Translations under genes and position numbers: made by a program
The notes under the pieces: generated by a model
Database searches by the model: none
Told to the model about the DNA's origin: nothing
The model's input: the letters and a program-made list of their open reading frames with translations, nothing else
Assembly (NCBI RefSeq): GCF_036321535.1
Contig: NC_087440.1
Location: 32,612,001 to 32,676,000 of the forward strand
DNA: 64,000 bases
Direction: 5' to 3'
Origin: Camelus dromedarius
Taxonomy: Eukaryota
Part shown: positions 1 through 12,434 of the stretch, one piece after another
Layout of the letters: each line of letters begins with the position of its first letter
How positions within the stretch are numbered: the stretch's first letter is position 1

Positions 1-245
1 ATCTGCGGTACAGCACGGTGACTATAGTTAACATACCGTTACATATTGGAAAGTCGCTAAGAGAGTGGATCTTAAATGTTCTCACCAAACACACAAGAAG
101 TGGTAATTAGGAGGTATTGACTAAACTTATTCTGGTAACATTTCACAATGTATATATGTATCAAGTCTTCACATTGTACACCTTAAACTTACATAATTTT
201 GAATCAGTTATATCTCAATAAAAAATAAAGGCTTTAAAAAAAGAA
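1..245 (+). mobile_element. LINE-1 3' end (old L1MA/L1MB-type), cut by the window edge
   Basis: Typical L1 3' UTR text (gatcttaaatgttctcacca...cattgtacaccttaaacttaca...atctcaataaa) followed by an A-rich tail at ~217-245. Recognised from memory of L1 consensi. Confidence 0.85.
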
Positions 246-1160
246 ATGGTTAATGAAACAAGATTGGTGGACAGCAGAAAAGGATATTGCTCAGTCTATA
301 CAGTCAAATCAACTGTGTATGATCAGGAGGCTGAAGGAATTTATTCCAATAAAAAGTTGAGGTCTCTTACCTTATTTTTATATCTGAGTCATTTTTAGAT
401 CCAGAACCCAATAAGTGAAGGACAGGCTGGGTTCCCTATGGATGTTTATTTGGGTAACCAGGAAAATGGGATACACAGTCATTTTGAGGAATGTTGTACA
501 CAGAGTTCAAGTTGACATTGATACTCAGAGATACAGTCTTACCCACTTTTAGAGTAGAGGTAGCCAGGAGCAGGTAATAAGTAGAATCTTAGTCTAGGTC
601 CAGCTCATAGTGAGTCCACTGGGCTCATGGACCCCTCCAGTGGTCATTTCCCCACTCTCAAAAAACAATCATTGGTACACATGTGTTAGTTAGAAGGAAC
701 ATTGGTTCCTTGATGGAAATCTCCGTCTCAGAGTTGGTTTTCTGGCAATCCTACTTATGAAAATTGGTGCCCTGAGTGAGCCAGGCAAGATATAAAATTT
801 AAAAAAATATTCTTTCCCAAGGTGAATGGCAGAGATTAATATACTCTTAAAGAGCGAAGGGGTCAGGGCCAGTGGTCCCCATTTTACTTCACCAATCTAG
901 TTTTGACAAAAATCAGACAGATCTTAAAGGATGATAACTTAAATACTGCAAACTCAACCAAGTGGTAGCCCCAGTCACTGCTACCACGCTGAATGGTGGT
1001 ATCTTTCCTATCTAAACAGTAGATGAACCCATCTTTACGTACATGTTACGTGGCCATCAGTTGGCCAACATGTTCTTTTCCATCCTCATTGAGAATGAGA
1101 ACCATACACTATTTACATGCACTTGAGATAGACAAAAGTAAACCTTTATGGTCCCTTCAG
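246..1160 (+). mobile_element. ERVL endogenous retrovirus internal remnant (gag end / protease / start of RT), heavily decayed
   Basis: From 1061 the + frame reads LANMFFSILIENENHTLFTCT*DRQK*TFMVPSG, matching the ERVL RT block DLANAFFSIP...QFAFTW.GQQYTFTVLPQG. Upstream segments (gatccagaaccc; gtccagctcatagtgagtcc; aaactcaaccaagtggtagcccca) match the HERVL-type pro-pol as I recall it. Multiple stops. Confidence 0.8.
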
Positions 1161-1710
1161 GACCAGGATACTCACTCCCTTTGCTGCTAAGAGTATTGAC
1201 TCCTGGGGGGAGGGTATAGCTCAAGCGGTAGAGTGCATGCTTAGCAAGCACGAGGTCCTGGGTTCAATCCCTGGTACCTCCTCTAAAAATAAATAAATAA
1301 AACCTAATTACCTCCTCCCTCAAAAAAAAAAAAATTTAAAAAGGGCTAAAAAAAAAAAAAAAAGAGTGTTGACTCCTGATGGCTTATAGCTGATCTTTCC
1401 AAGGACTTGCCCTTTGCTGAAGGGGGCTGCCATGTAAAAGGTTATGCACTCTTCCTCAGGGTCAGCCCATATCCAGTGACTGGTCGATGCCATGGTTAAG
1501 GCCCATCTCATTTACCTTGATTCAGGACATCTCTGAAGGGTCATCCCTGTGGAACTGGCTGATCTCTCTGCCTCAACTGTATTACAGTTCAACTTCCCCC
1601 TTGACCCAGTCCTGCTTTGCTCACTCCCTTAGAGATACTGTTCTTGAGACTACTCCCCAGTGAACCATCTTGTCTCAAAATCTGATTTCCATGGAACCCT
1701 TTCCATGACA
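1150..1710 (+). mobile_element. LTR16-like ERVL LTR, 5'-truncated and interrupted by a SINE at 1206-1361
   Basis: Diagnostic blocks catccagtgactggtcgat, acatctctgaagggtcatccc and cagttcaacttcccc, with terminus ggaaccc...gaca. Subfamily name is from memory. Confidence 0.65.
1206..1361 (+). mobile_element. tRNA-Ala-derived camelid SINE (Vic-1-like), full length with TSD
   Basis: Head GGGGGAGGGTATAGCTCAAGCGGTAGAG...GGTTCAATCCCTGGTACCTCC with A-box 1217-1228 and B-box 1261-1270, then an A-rich tail. The 17-nt TSD is aagagtattgactcctg (1189-1205) / aagagtgttgactcctg (1362-1378). Confidence 0.95.
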
Positions 1711-1795
1711 AACACTGAATCACTTACATAATACCCACCTACACGACTGCTTCTTTCTTCAGTGCTTTTCTCTGTGTATGAAACCTTTTCCCCCT

Positions 1796-2168
1796 TGTGG
1801 TGCATGCTGTGATCTATTGCCCAGGTCCCCTTCAGGAATGGAGGGCTTATTTCCCTGTCACCTGGAATTGCTGCTGGGAAACAGCCATTTTTGAAGAAAA
1901 TTCCTTCTAAGGGCAGCCTGCATCCAGTGACTGATCTACATGATGGTATAATGACCTGGCTTCCTCACTCCTACTTGGAAAAACTCTGAAGCAACCACCT
2001 CTGTTCTAGAGTTCTTAAGGGATTGGTTGAAGCCTTTGGTTTGTATCACTGCTCAACTCTTCCCTCTCCCCAGTCCTGTGCCCTTCCCCTCCCAAGAGCG
2101 TTCTCTAATAAATGTCTCACATGCTAATACTTACCTTAGACTCTGCTTTCTGATGAACCCAACCTGCA
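1796..2168 (+). mobile_element. Second LTR16-like ERVL LTR
   Basis: Shares blocks with the copy at 1150-1710 (ccccttcagga, catccagtgactg, aactctgaag), has AATAAA at ~2107 and the terminus gaacccaacctg. Confidence 0.65.
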
Positions 2169-3164
2169 GTGTCTCTCTTTTCGGACGGAATTCTCATTCA
2201 TCCCTTAAGAACTCAGCTCAGAGGTACCCATATCTAGAACCTCCCCCCACCTATACCCATACCCAATCTCCCCTTCCAGACTGGGTTAGTTTTCCTTTGT
2301 TTCTGCTCCCATAGCATCCTGTATATGATTCCATCACCTCCATCACAGAAATTCTCTCTCTCTCTCTCAATATTTATCTACTTACATGGTTTTCAAATGC
2401 ACTGATCTGTGTTTTTTGTGTTGCCCAACTGATCATCCTAGAGGCAGAAGAAAGAGCGACTAAAGTATGCGTCAGAGATCTGAATTCTAGTCTTAGCTCT
2501 CCTGGTAAATTTTCTATCTGCATTTATGTCTCTGTCAATTTACATAACTATAAAATGGAACCAGGAATCTCCATTCTTCCTCCCCTACCTAATGAGTTTA
2601 AAATCTATCATTATAGTTGTGATTGGGGAAACTCCAGGCAGGACTCTCTCAGGGGTGGTTAAATATATTCTCCACTGAACAGTGTCCACCTGTCCAGCCT
2701 TCCACAGGGTCAACACAAAAGCTAGCTGTTTGCAGGCAGACAGGTACAGAGTAACATGCCAGGGATATGCTAATGTCAGCCTAGGCCAGGAAATTTCTGG
2801 AGCAACCCCAATTTAATTTTTCATCCAGATCATTAATTAAGGATTTTTAAATATAATTAACACTTAAGCTTTTGTAGCACTTTGCATATAAACATATTCC
2901 TAAACCACACACACACAAAATCCTTTATTAGACCATGCTACCCAATTTAGCTTTGGAAAATTATTATTCTGTGTGCACACTAAATCAAAGTAGTAAATTG
3001 GCATTTTGACTTATATAACTGCCATTTATGTATTTGATTAGTGTGAATCCATTCCTCAGACACGAGTGTAATGAAATTTAGTTGCTAAATTTTTAAGACA
3101 GAGGCTCTGACTTGGAGTGCTCAGCAAAGTGAAATCACTTCCTCAAAGCCCAGGTTAAAATGAT

Positions 3165-3570
3165 AGTAGTAGTGACAACTGATTCAGTTCCTAGTGTGGG
3201 TCAGGCTCCGTTTTGACCACTTTGCAGTTATTACTTTAGTCTCTTTAATGACCCTGCAAAATATCTTACCCATTTCATACAGATGGTGACGCTGGTGCTT
3301 ACACTGGTTCCTGGTGAGCTGGAGTCAGCTTATGTAGGCTATGAGAGCCAATAGTACCGTTCTCTTCCCAAATTTGCTTTAGTCACAACCCACTGGTGGC
3401 TTAAAGTCAGCCACGATGGGAGCAGTGACACCACAAAAGTTGGCACGTTATAGATTAAGGCCTTATTTATTTACTTTGAGTCTGTCGTTAAACATTTACC
3501 AGCACACTACAGTTTGCAGTTAATAACAAGCTGAGCCAAGACTCAGACTCACATCTGTCAGTCTCTGAAC
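3165..3570 (-). mobile_element. MIR SINE, split by a DNA transposon
   Basis: Reverse MIR core (cccatttcatacagatggtgac) before 3300. The MIR continuation (gctgagccaagactcagactc) resumes after 3512. Confidence 0.55.
3309..3512 (+). mobile_element. Non-autonomous hAT-Tip100 element (Arthur1-like MITE)
   Basis: Matches the recalled consensus: gctggagtcagct...gagagcca...tctcttcccaa...cagccacgatgggag...acaccacaaaagttggc...gttaaacatttaccagcacac. Confidence 0.65.
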
Positions 3571-5271
3571 TCTTGCTCTGTTTCCCTGTGTTAAGAGAAG
3601 CGATAGTCTGTTGTACTACACAGAACTTAGCGAAGGCCCTGAAGTTCTCTCTTCTTAAGACCCCTCCCCCCAACCTCCCAACTAAATTCTGCCAACTCAG
3701 AATAGGAAGGAAGGTTCAGCCAGGGGCTATCCAGAATTCCCTTTATTCTGTTTCAACTCTTGCCAAAAAGGAAAGTCCAATGGCAAAACTGTTACAGAAA
3801 AACCAAAGAGACAAAGACAGTTTGGATCCTGTTTGTTCAGTATCTGTGAATAAATGCATAGGAGGAACTGAATAAACCATTACTTCCCAAATGCTTTGAG
3901 GAGCCCCACTGGAGAGCTCTTTTACTTGGCAGTGAGAAGAAGGACCCCATGGAAGCCTTAATCAACATCATCTAATTAAGGAGATAGAGTTTAATCTCTG
4001 GGCCAAGTGTCCATCTGCTTCCTATTTCCAGTCATTTAGCACACATTAAAAGTGAACACAACATAAACTCAGAACAGCCTCAGTGATGCATTACATTTCC
4101 CAGGCAGGAGTAAGATGAGAAACTAACTTCAAAAAAAATAACAGAATGGGCCAAATGCCCTGCTGAAATCTGGCATGAACTAAGTCAGATATTAAGAAAA
4201 TGACTTTTAACAAATAAGTTTGTTTCTAATGACACTGGACTCTCCACTGACTGAGATGATACATCAGTCTCAAGGCAATATTTAATAACCTTGTATATTC
4301 ATTTTGTTTGTATTTTATAGTGTTTTGTATGTTAGTTCCATCTTTGGTTTTAAATTGTTAATTCTTTGAGGATAGAGACCATGTCTATTAAGTCTTTATA
4401 ATAATATGCTGAGTATGTTGTGCACAATAAGTATGTCCTTAGAATGAGTTTCTTGTGTGGGTAATTGCCTCAGACTTGCAGAGCGACACCCTTCAGGGCC
4501 ATCTCTCCATCTTTGCATGATGACAAATTTCCCATAGCACTTATGTTTTGCTCCTCCTTGCTTTGCTTCAAAGTAAGGTGGTTGGGATGGTTAGTGTGGA
4601 GCTGGCATGAGCACAAGGCACAAGGCGACATTCTGCTCACACCCAGTACAGAAACTACCATCTGTGATTGCTGCAGAGTCCCCTGCCTTCTCAGTCAGCA
4701 CAGGATGTGTGCTTTGCCTGCCCAGGAACAGCCCAGGCCGAAAGGCGAGTCTTAAAAGGCAGCAGAAGAAGGCTCTTTTTCCAACAAACCTAGGAAAGTG
4801 TGGTCCAGGGGAAGCATTTGCCCTTTGAGGACTAGCAGTGAACAGTTGAACGACATTAAGAACAAGATGACCAGGATTTAGAAGGAGCTTTAGTCGTAAC
4901 GTGGAATGGAAAACAACTTTATTCTCCATTTCTCTAGTGCACGCCTGTTCTCTGATACAGTATCCCCTCACCCTTTGGATAAAATCTAGAGCAGATTCTC
5001 TGGTTTCCTGGTCATTCTCAGGTAAGGAAAAGTCTGTGGCCACTACATATTACAACATAGCACCATCTCAGTAACTGAAATTTCCAGCCTTGTGTAAGAG
5101 TCAAAACTCCAATCTTCATTTAAAAATAATGTCTAAAACTCTTCCCTCCCCTAGTTTGGCATTGCTATGATAGAATGCCTTCAATGGAAAGCAGCGTGAG
5201 ATGGGAGAGGCTGGGTGGTTTGTTTCTTTCTTTCTTTCTCTTCCCCCGTATATATATAGAGAGAATTAAAA

Positions 5272-5394
5272 AAAATTTTTTCCTTAAAAAAATCTTTGGG
5301 GGTGATTTGTTTATTTCATGGAGGTAGTAGGGATTGAACCCAGAACCTCATGCATGCTAAGCACTGCTCTCTGCCACTCAGCTGTATCTCCCCC
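5272..5394 (-). mobile_element. tRNA-Ala-derived camelid SINE (Vic-1-like), more diverged copy
   Basis: Reverse complement of the same head (ggaggtagtagggattgaacccagaacctcatgcatgctaagcactgctct...gctgtatctccccc), with a T-rich tail at 5272-5300. Confidence 0.9.
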
Positions 5395-5639
5395 TAGTTT
5401 CTTCTTTCTTGTTTCTGCCATCTCCCCACTCCACTCCCAACTTTCTAGTTGGGAATTTGTTGCCCTCCAGTGCTGGAGTGGTGGGAAGGAGGGACCAGAG
5501 GTTAGGAAGGCCTCACCTGACTGGTGCAGTCCTGATCTGGCACTGTTATCTTTGTGTCTGGCAGATGTTCAGGGCTCTTTTGCCTTATTCAGTAAGCAAG
5601 AAACTTCAGTAAGTACAATGTTTATTTCTGATCTCAGGA

Positions 5640-6122
5640 TTTTGAGGGGGAGACACTGTCATATTTATCATAGTTTGGTAAAAAAAAATTTTTTTTTTAC
5701 TGTGAATGACTACTGAATTTTATAAGTTGTTCTATATTCATTGTGATGATCAAGTGATCCTTTTTCTTTTTTCTGTAACTGTGTGAATCACATTGATTTT
5801 TTTTAAAATGGTAACATTTGCACCCTTGGATTAAACTCCAGTCAGGATGTTATTATCCTTTCCTAAATCATTGGATTCAGCTTGCTAATATTGTGTTTAA
5901 GATTTTGCATCTATACTTTCGAGGAAGATTGACATTTTTTCTTTCAAGCAATGTCTCTGTCAGGTTTTGTTATCATGGTTATGTCTTCATAAAATGACTT
6001 GAGAAATACATACTCTGTCTATTATCTGGAAGAGTTTATGTAGGATTGTTGTTATTTCTTCCTTAAATGTTTGGTAGACGTCACCAGTGAAACGTTAATC
6101 CTGGAGATTTCTTTGTAGGTTG
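5640..6122 (-). mobile_element. Old L1M ORF2 fragment
   Basis: Antisense L1 ORF2 text: ttggattcagcttgctaatattgtgtttaagattttgcatctat; tccttaaatgtttggtagacgtcaccagtgaa. Confidence 0.75.
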
Positions 6123-6241
6123 AATCTGTTCCTTTTGGATTGCTTTGGGGGTTCTTTGGAGATTCTCTCATCACTAGGGACTACTCACCTATGAACCTCT
6201 GCTTTAGGGGACGCACTTCCCAGCTGGCTGCCTAAGACCCC

Positions 6242-6603
6242 TGTATTAGTCTACTCTTGTTGCCGTAGCAAAATAACACAGACTGGGTGGCATATCACAG
6301 ACATTTGTTTTGTCACAGTTCCGGAGGCTGGAAGTCCAAGATAAAGTGCCAGCAGTGCTGGTTTCTGGTGGGGCTCTTTTCCTTGATTGTAGATGACCAC
6401 CTTCTCACTGTGTCTTCAAGTGGCCACATGAGGGAAGAGAAAGAGAGCTCCTCTTCCTATAAGGACACCAGTCCTGTCAGATTGGGGCCTCACACTTAAG
6501 GCCTCATTTAACCTTAATTACCCTCTTCAAGGCTCTATCTCTATATATAGTTACATTGAGCTTCAACGTATGAATTTTAGGGGCCAGAATTCAGTCCATA
6601 ACA
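6242..6603 (-). mobile_element. MLT1A/B-type MaLR solo LTR with 5-bp TSD
   Basis: Termini tgtattagtct...ttcagtccataaca, internal ggaggctggaagtccaagat, and TSD ACCCC at 6237-6241 and 6604-6608. Confidence 0.9.
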
Positions 6604-8702
6604 ACCCCAATTCTCTGTGACCACCTCCACACAGACTCTCCCCTGTTCTGTTCCCACTAATCCTCCAGGTGGCCTTATTGCCAAAGTCCCTCTGAGATGG
6701 TTCTGCTCTCTCTCTCTGTCTCTCTCCTTTTACCTCTGGTGCACAGAAAATGTCTTCATGTTAAATCCTTCAGAAGAGGGAATGAAAATTACTCCCAACC
6801 AGGGACTTTCATGCTGTTGCCTCATGGTGCTTCTGCAAACCTCTCGCACATTCAGATTCTTACCCATGAGTCAGACATAAGAGGACTGCTCTCTAGGGGG
6901 GCTCACCTGAAGCCCTCTGCAGGGCCTCCTTAACATCTTTATTCCTAGGCTTGACAGACGGCATCAGCCTCCCTCATGGAGGGGCTTTAACCTCTTTAGA
7001 GGCTTATAACCACTTACCTCCAAATGAAAACCCTCTCTCCAGTTCCCATCTTTCCTTTTGGTCTCTTCAGCGTCTCTGGAGGTTGGAGATGAGGAATGGT
7101 CACAGAAACTGGCTTTCACATACCCCCATTTCCAGTTCCAGCAGCATCGGTAGTCTTGAGGTCTCTGCTGACATCGAGACTGTGTCCCATTTTAACCTGC
7201 TTCTGCGTTAGCTAGCATGCTGTGCAAGTCTCTATGTCAACAAATTGTATAGACGAGGACACAGGTTGACAGACATTTTACAGAGACAGTTTCTGAGTAA
7301 TGCACATCAACAATTTAAAACTGATACTCTACAAAATTTAAAAGTCTGTCATCCTCCTTCTTATGATTTCCTGAGCTTATCTGAGAACTGCCAACACTTG
7401 AGTAGACAGTTTTGCATCTCATGGTGCCAGACTTGCACTGGGCCTTATTTAACTCTCCCTTTAAAAGTGAGGACCTAGGAGGCCACATTCCTGCCATGGC
7501 CTCTCTTGTTCGGATCCCAGGTCCACTGCTCCAGTATTAGACAGAGACTTCTGTTTTTTGTTTTTTTGTTTTTGTTTTAACCAGGCGCTTTACTTATGGC
7601 TGCTTGAGAGATTATGGCCACTGTGCAGAGGAAATAGATGAACGCTGCAAGAAGTGAATGTCTTCAGAGCCTTAAAAAATCATGCAGCAGAAATGAGACT
7701 CTAACCTGAGTTTGGAGAGGTGAAGAAAGGCATCTCAGTGCCTTGGATAGAGAGGGAGCAGAGGGCAGGACCTCCATGGCTGGGCGCAGAAAGCACAGAA
7801 GGAGATATCCAGCAGAGGGAAGTGTCAGGGCAGAAGAATAGGTGGGGTAGAAATTTAGAATTATCCATCTGCTTCTGAACCTTGATCTACCTAGTTTTGA
7901 GGCTGCTTTGCAAATACATGTCAGAAGACTATTCTGGACACCCTTGGGTCTAGAACTCTGGAATTCCTTGTTATGTTAGGATGGTTTGGTATTGAGGGAA
8001 TTGTTGATACTGACCAGAATTTTCCTGTGAACTCCAGTTTAGTGACAGAATGACCTATGGCTGAGTCCACTGCCATGAGTTCACATGGAAAAGAAGAAGC
8101 AGTGGATGTAGGGTATGCACCGAACATAATTTTGAAAATCTCAAAATATTGGGAGGGTTGCATTGTCAGGAACTAGCTTGTCTTTACCTTAAAATGTTCT
8201 CAAGTTCCCCCACATACTTCTTCCTTGTTCAGAGTTTGTGTGGTGCACCCCCGTGACCACTATGGTGAGATACTATGTTGGCTCCAAAGAGATGGTTTTG
8301 CTTATGGAAAGGACACAACCCACTATCACAGGGACAGTTGAAATAATCATATATATGACAGGAGATGATCACAGCATACTTTTGCAAACATGAATTTTGC
8401 ATTATTTTTAAACTGATTTGTGCTTCTAGCTGTAGCTTAAAAGAAAGAATGCTAACATGGATAGCTACTCAGGTGATGGTGGGGGTGGTTATTAGGCTCC
8501 TGCACCGGTGGAAGCAAGCGAGGACTTCTGGCTTTGGAGGGGACTGAATGAAAGAGAAAGGGTAAGAGGTCAGGAAGGAGGTTAAGGAAGACAGTGAGGG
8601 AGGACAGTTTCCTCACACCCACTGTTGCCTACATTGCTTTCAATTTTCAACCCAGTCAGAGAAGTTGCCCTGAAATGAAGAGAGACTGGCAGGCAGTTTT
8701 GG

Positions 8703-9122
8703 TGCTTTCTTCATGTGCTAGGGCCACTGGAACAAAAGCACCACAGACTGGGTGGCCTAAACGACAGGACTTCACTGTCCCACCGTTCTGGAGACCGGAA
8801 GTCTAGGTGTCTAGCTGGTTCGTTCCTTCTGAGGGCCGAGAGGGAAGGATCTGTTCCAGGTCTTTCTCCTTGGCTCGTAGATGGCCATCTCCTCCTTGTG
8901 TCTCTTCATATCAGTTTCCCTCTGTGTATGTCTCTGTCCAAATAACCACTTTTTGTAAAGACACAGACATACTGGATTAAGGTGTACTCGAATGGCCTTG
9001 TTTTAACTAGATTGCCTCTGTAAAGACCCTGTCTCTAAATTAGGTCATATTCTATGATACTAAGGGTTAAGACTTCAGAATATGAATTTTGGTTGGGGTG
9101 AGTCACCAATGAACCCGTAATA
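8703..9122 (-). mobile_element. MLT1B/C-type MaLR solo LTR
   Basis: accacagactgggtggcctaaac...gttctggagaccggaagtc...gttccttctgagggc...gacttcagaatatgaattttgg...gaacccgtaata. Confidence 0.85.
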
Positions 9123-10834
9123 GGTACCATCAGTGAAGGATGTGAATTCATCCTTGAGGCTCCAGCCTCGGATCACATACCTGTTCACAGAGGAAGGGGC
9201 AGTGGAAAAATTTGAGTCAGGCCACTTGACTCTACTCCGCAGTTGGCCCCCTACTATCCATATGGCCCTGGGCGAGTCCCTTCTCTTCTCTCAGCCTTCA
9301 CTCTGTCATATAGGAAATGAAGGAACTGGAATAAAACCCCTGACGTTCTAACCTTCTTGGCTCTAAAGAAAACTGCAAGACGAGCCAGGAAGTTTGGCAG
9401 CTGCGGCTCCCAGGGGATCTGAGACACAGTTTTATTGGAAGCACAGAACCACTGCTCTTGTTCAGGAAGAGGCTTAGAGCCAATTAACACCAGGCTCAGG
9501 GTGAGTGTTTTTTGAGTCCTAAGCAGATTTTTGGGTGGTCCAGCTCTCTCGGAATACAAACTATATATTTTCCTTGGCTGACTTTCTTCCTCTTGTAAGC
9601 CAATGAGAGGATTAATGCTGAGAGGCTTTACTTCTGATCTTTCGGAAGGCAAGGGAAAGTTAAACAAGGGAACTGGATCCATATAGCATTGTTTCTGCTC
9701 ACAAGGACTTAGAATCACAAGGCATTAAAGCTGGAGCCCTCGATGCCAACTGGACCAAGTTCCTTGATTTATAGCTTCAGAGTACCAGGATCTAGAGAAG
9801 TTCCTCAGTGTTGTTCACACCGCTGGTTAGAGGGAGGACCAGGATTAGAATCCAGCAGCTTGCCGCGTGATGCTGTGCTTTTCCCGTAGACAGGAGAGCA
9901 CGTTCTTGTGTCTATGGGAATTAGGATTCGAAAAGTCGTTTCTGCTTTTTGGGTAAACAACTTTGGGAATGTCTGCCGTGCTCAAGAACCAACCCTTCTC
10001 CCACTTCTCCAGAGAGCAGCAGCTTGGTGGTAGGGTGGGAGGTGGGGCAACCATGTTAACCAACCTGACCATCTCCCCTGGAGATTGAAAATTGGATTTA
10101 GCAGTTCCAGTCCAGCCTGGGCTCCCTTTCAACCCGAGAGTTGTACTGTGGCCATCATCCGTCAGCTGGGTGGGCTGACTGGCACACAGGAGTGGTCACT
10201 GGGGGAAGAAAAGATGAGAGATGGAGGGACCACACTCTGGCCCCAGGGACGTTCGTATCCCAGTCCAGCCCTCTCCGAGGCTCTGTTGCTTCTCTCTAGG
10301 GTCTGTGAAACACCTGCTTCTCAATATGAAGCCCCCTCCCCTTTTCCCCCACTTCAAACTGGTTTGAATTAAACTAGTGCTGTCACTTGCCACCAACAGT
10401 TTTAACTAACATGGTACCTTCTTAGGAGAAGAGTCACCTTTAGGAGCTGAGCACACACTTTATTTCTCTTTACTTTAATTTACATGCAGTCACAGAGGAC
10501 CAGTGTTCTCTTCAGCTCCTTCCAGAAGCCAACATGATAGTCGTCTCGCTCTCTCTTCCATCCATTCAGTTGCTACATCTGGACAGTTTTTCTTTCATAA
10601 GGACTCAAATCCATCACTTTTATCCATACCTAATGCCACTAAATTTAGGACCTTATGTATTCATGCTGGTCATTTGCAGTGATCTCCCAACTGGTTAATG
10701 CAACATTCATCTCTCATTTTCAGTTTATTGTCCCTTCAGGTGTAGTTTCTGAAGCTCTTTTATTGTGATTCTAAGTGTTAAAGTGGCAGGGCTTAAGCCA
10801 CTGAACAGGAGAGTGCTGAGAAGGGCTGAAAGAG

Positions 10835-11445
10835 TATATTACTTTGCTGTTGCTACATAACAAATTACCATACATTCAGCAGCTTAAAATGACATACATT
10901 TATAGTCGCACGGTTCTGTAGGTCAGACATCCAGCCAACTGGTCACGTTCTATGCTCAGGGTCTCCAAAGGCCAGAATCAAGGGGTTGGCTAGACTAGTC
11001 TCTTACCTGGAGGCTCTGGGCAAGAGTCTTCCAAGCCATTCATGATGTTGGCAGAATTCAGTGCCTTTGCAGTTTTAGGCCTGAGGTCTCCATTTCTTTG
11101 CTGGCTATCAGCTGGGGGTCACTGCTCTAAGAGGCCACCCACATTCCTTCTCACATGGCATCTCCATCTTCATAGCCCATCAGGCATCGAGTCCTTCTCC
11201 TACTTCCTTCCACCTCTGACTTGCCCTCGACACCGTTTGGAAGAAACTCCACTTTTAAAGTGCTCGTGTGACTAGGTTAGGCCCGTTATTTCTAATTAGT
11301 ACCCTTAATCACACTGGCGATACGACACAGCATAATGATTGGAATGATGTCTCATCAGGTTCATGGGTACCACTCACCCTCTTGATGGAGAGATTATATA
11401 AGGCCAGGGGTCACTGGGGTCATTTGTAGGATTCTGTCTACCAAA
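10835..11445 (-). mobile_element. MLT1 (D/E/F-type) MaLR LTR
   Basis: tatattactttgctgttgctacataacaaattacc...cagcttaaaatgacatacattta...ggttctgtaggtcag, with terminus gattctgtctaccaaa. Confidence 0.8.
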
Positions 11446-12280
11446 GACAGGGTCATGGGTGGGGTTGCTCACCTAAGCGGTTTCGAAGAGGTCAGAGATG
11501 TGAATTCAGACATGTGCGGTGCCATGGACTGAAACATGGTCAGTGACTTGAGTCCGAGGGAGGTCAAGGCAGCAGCGGGGCCAGAACTGGAGACAACAGC
11601 TACGCTTTTTTCCACTGCGTGTTCATGAGTGGCAGAGGCAGTAAGGAAGGAGAGTAGTGGGAGGAAGACGTGCCCCAAGGGGAAGGTGGTGGAGAGTTAT
11701 TTGTTATATAAGCCTTGTGAACAAATGGCCCAATGGCCTAGAAAGAGTATTTCTTTTTTAGGGGGCAGCCAGAGCTCCAATAGTCACCCTCCTGAATAAA
11801 TTTTTCAAAAGTTTTCCCACATTCCACAGTCGGGTGTTCAAAGCCTTCCCTTTATAGTGTCCAAGTTACATTTTGACTTTATTTCCCACAAATCCTTCTA
11901 ATGCATCTTCTGCTGAGGTCTGGTACATGGTGAATTTGGTAATGTAGGGAAGGGACTGATGCCAGCCAATTGTTTCTCAAGAAGAATCATAGGTGGTGCT
12001 GTTTGTTTGCTGAATTTACAGAGATCTCAGGTCTGTCTCAAGTTTTCAGACTCACATACTTGATTTTGTCAGTAAAGGCACCATAGCAGTCACGCCTGGG
12101 GTGGTACTCAGGCAGACACTGATAATCTGTGCCGTCTGTGTCTCCCTTGCTGCACGTACTGATCATTGCCTCTCCTCCACTGGCTAATCTGTTACATCTG
12201 AAGTTCCAACCTCTCAGCTTTGCTCAGGAGTACTCCTTCCTGAGCCCTTGCCAAATGCTCCCCTTTTCCAACAATGGAAG

Positions 12281-12434
12281 CAGAACTAGCTGCCAATTTG
12301 GGGGCCAGTGTAAAAATGAAAATGCAGAGTTCTTGTTCATAATGATTAAGAATTTCAAAGTGGTGACTGCAGGGTATTAGAGGGAGCTCAGGTCCTGTGT
12401 CACTGTGCAGGTCAAAGCTCAGTGAACCGCCCTC
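12281..12434 (-). mobile_element. MER45A-like hAT-Tip100 MITE
   Basis: ggccagtgtaaaaatgaaaatgcagagttcttgttca...ttaagaatttcaaag...cctgtgtcactgtgcaggtc matches the reverse complement of the recalled MER45A consensus. Confidence 0.75.

Noticed and set aside
1206-1282. tRNA-Ala(AGC) gene (also the similar heads at 5320-5394 and 61066-61141)
   Set aside because: Each is followed by an A-rich tail, two have recognisable TSDs, and the acceptor stem has extra bases. These are SINE heads, not tRNA genes.
4591-5043. 150-aa minus-strand ORF in unique sequence
   Set aside because: No recognisable domain, no convincing exon structure, and a length within chance range for 64 kb in six frames. A BLASTP or conservation check would be needed to revive it.
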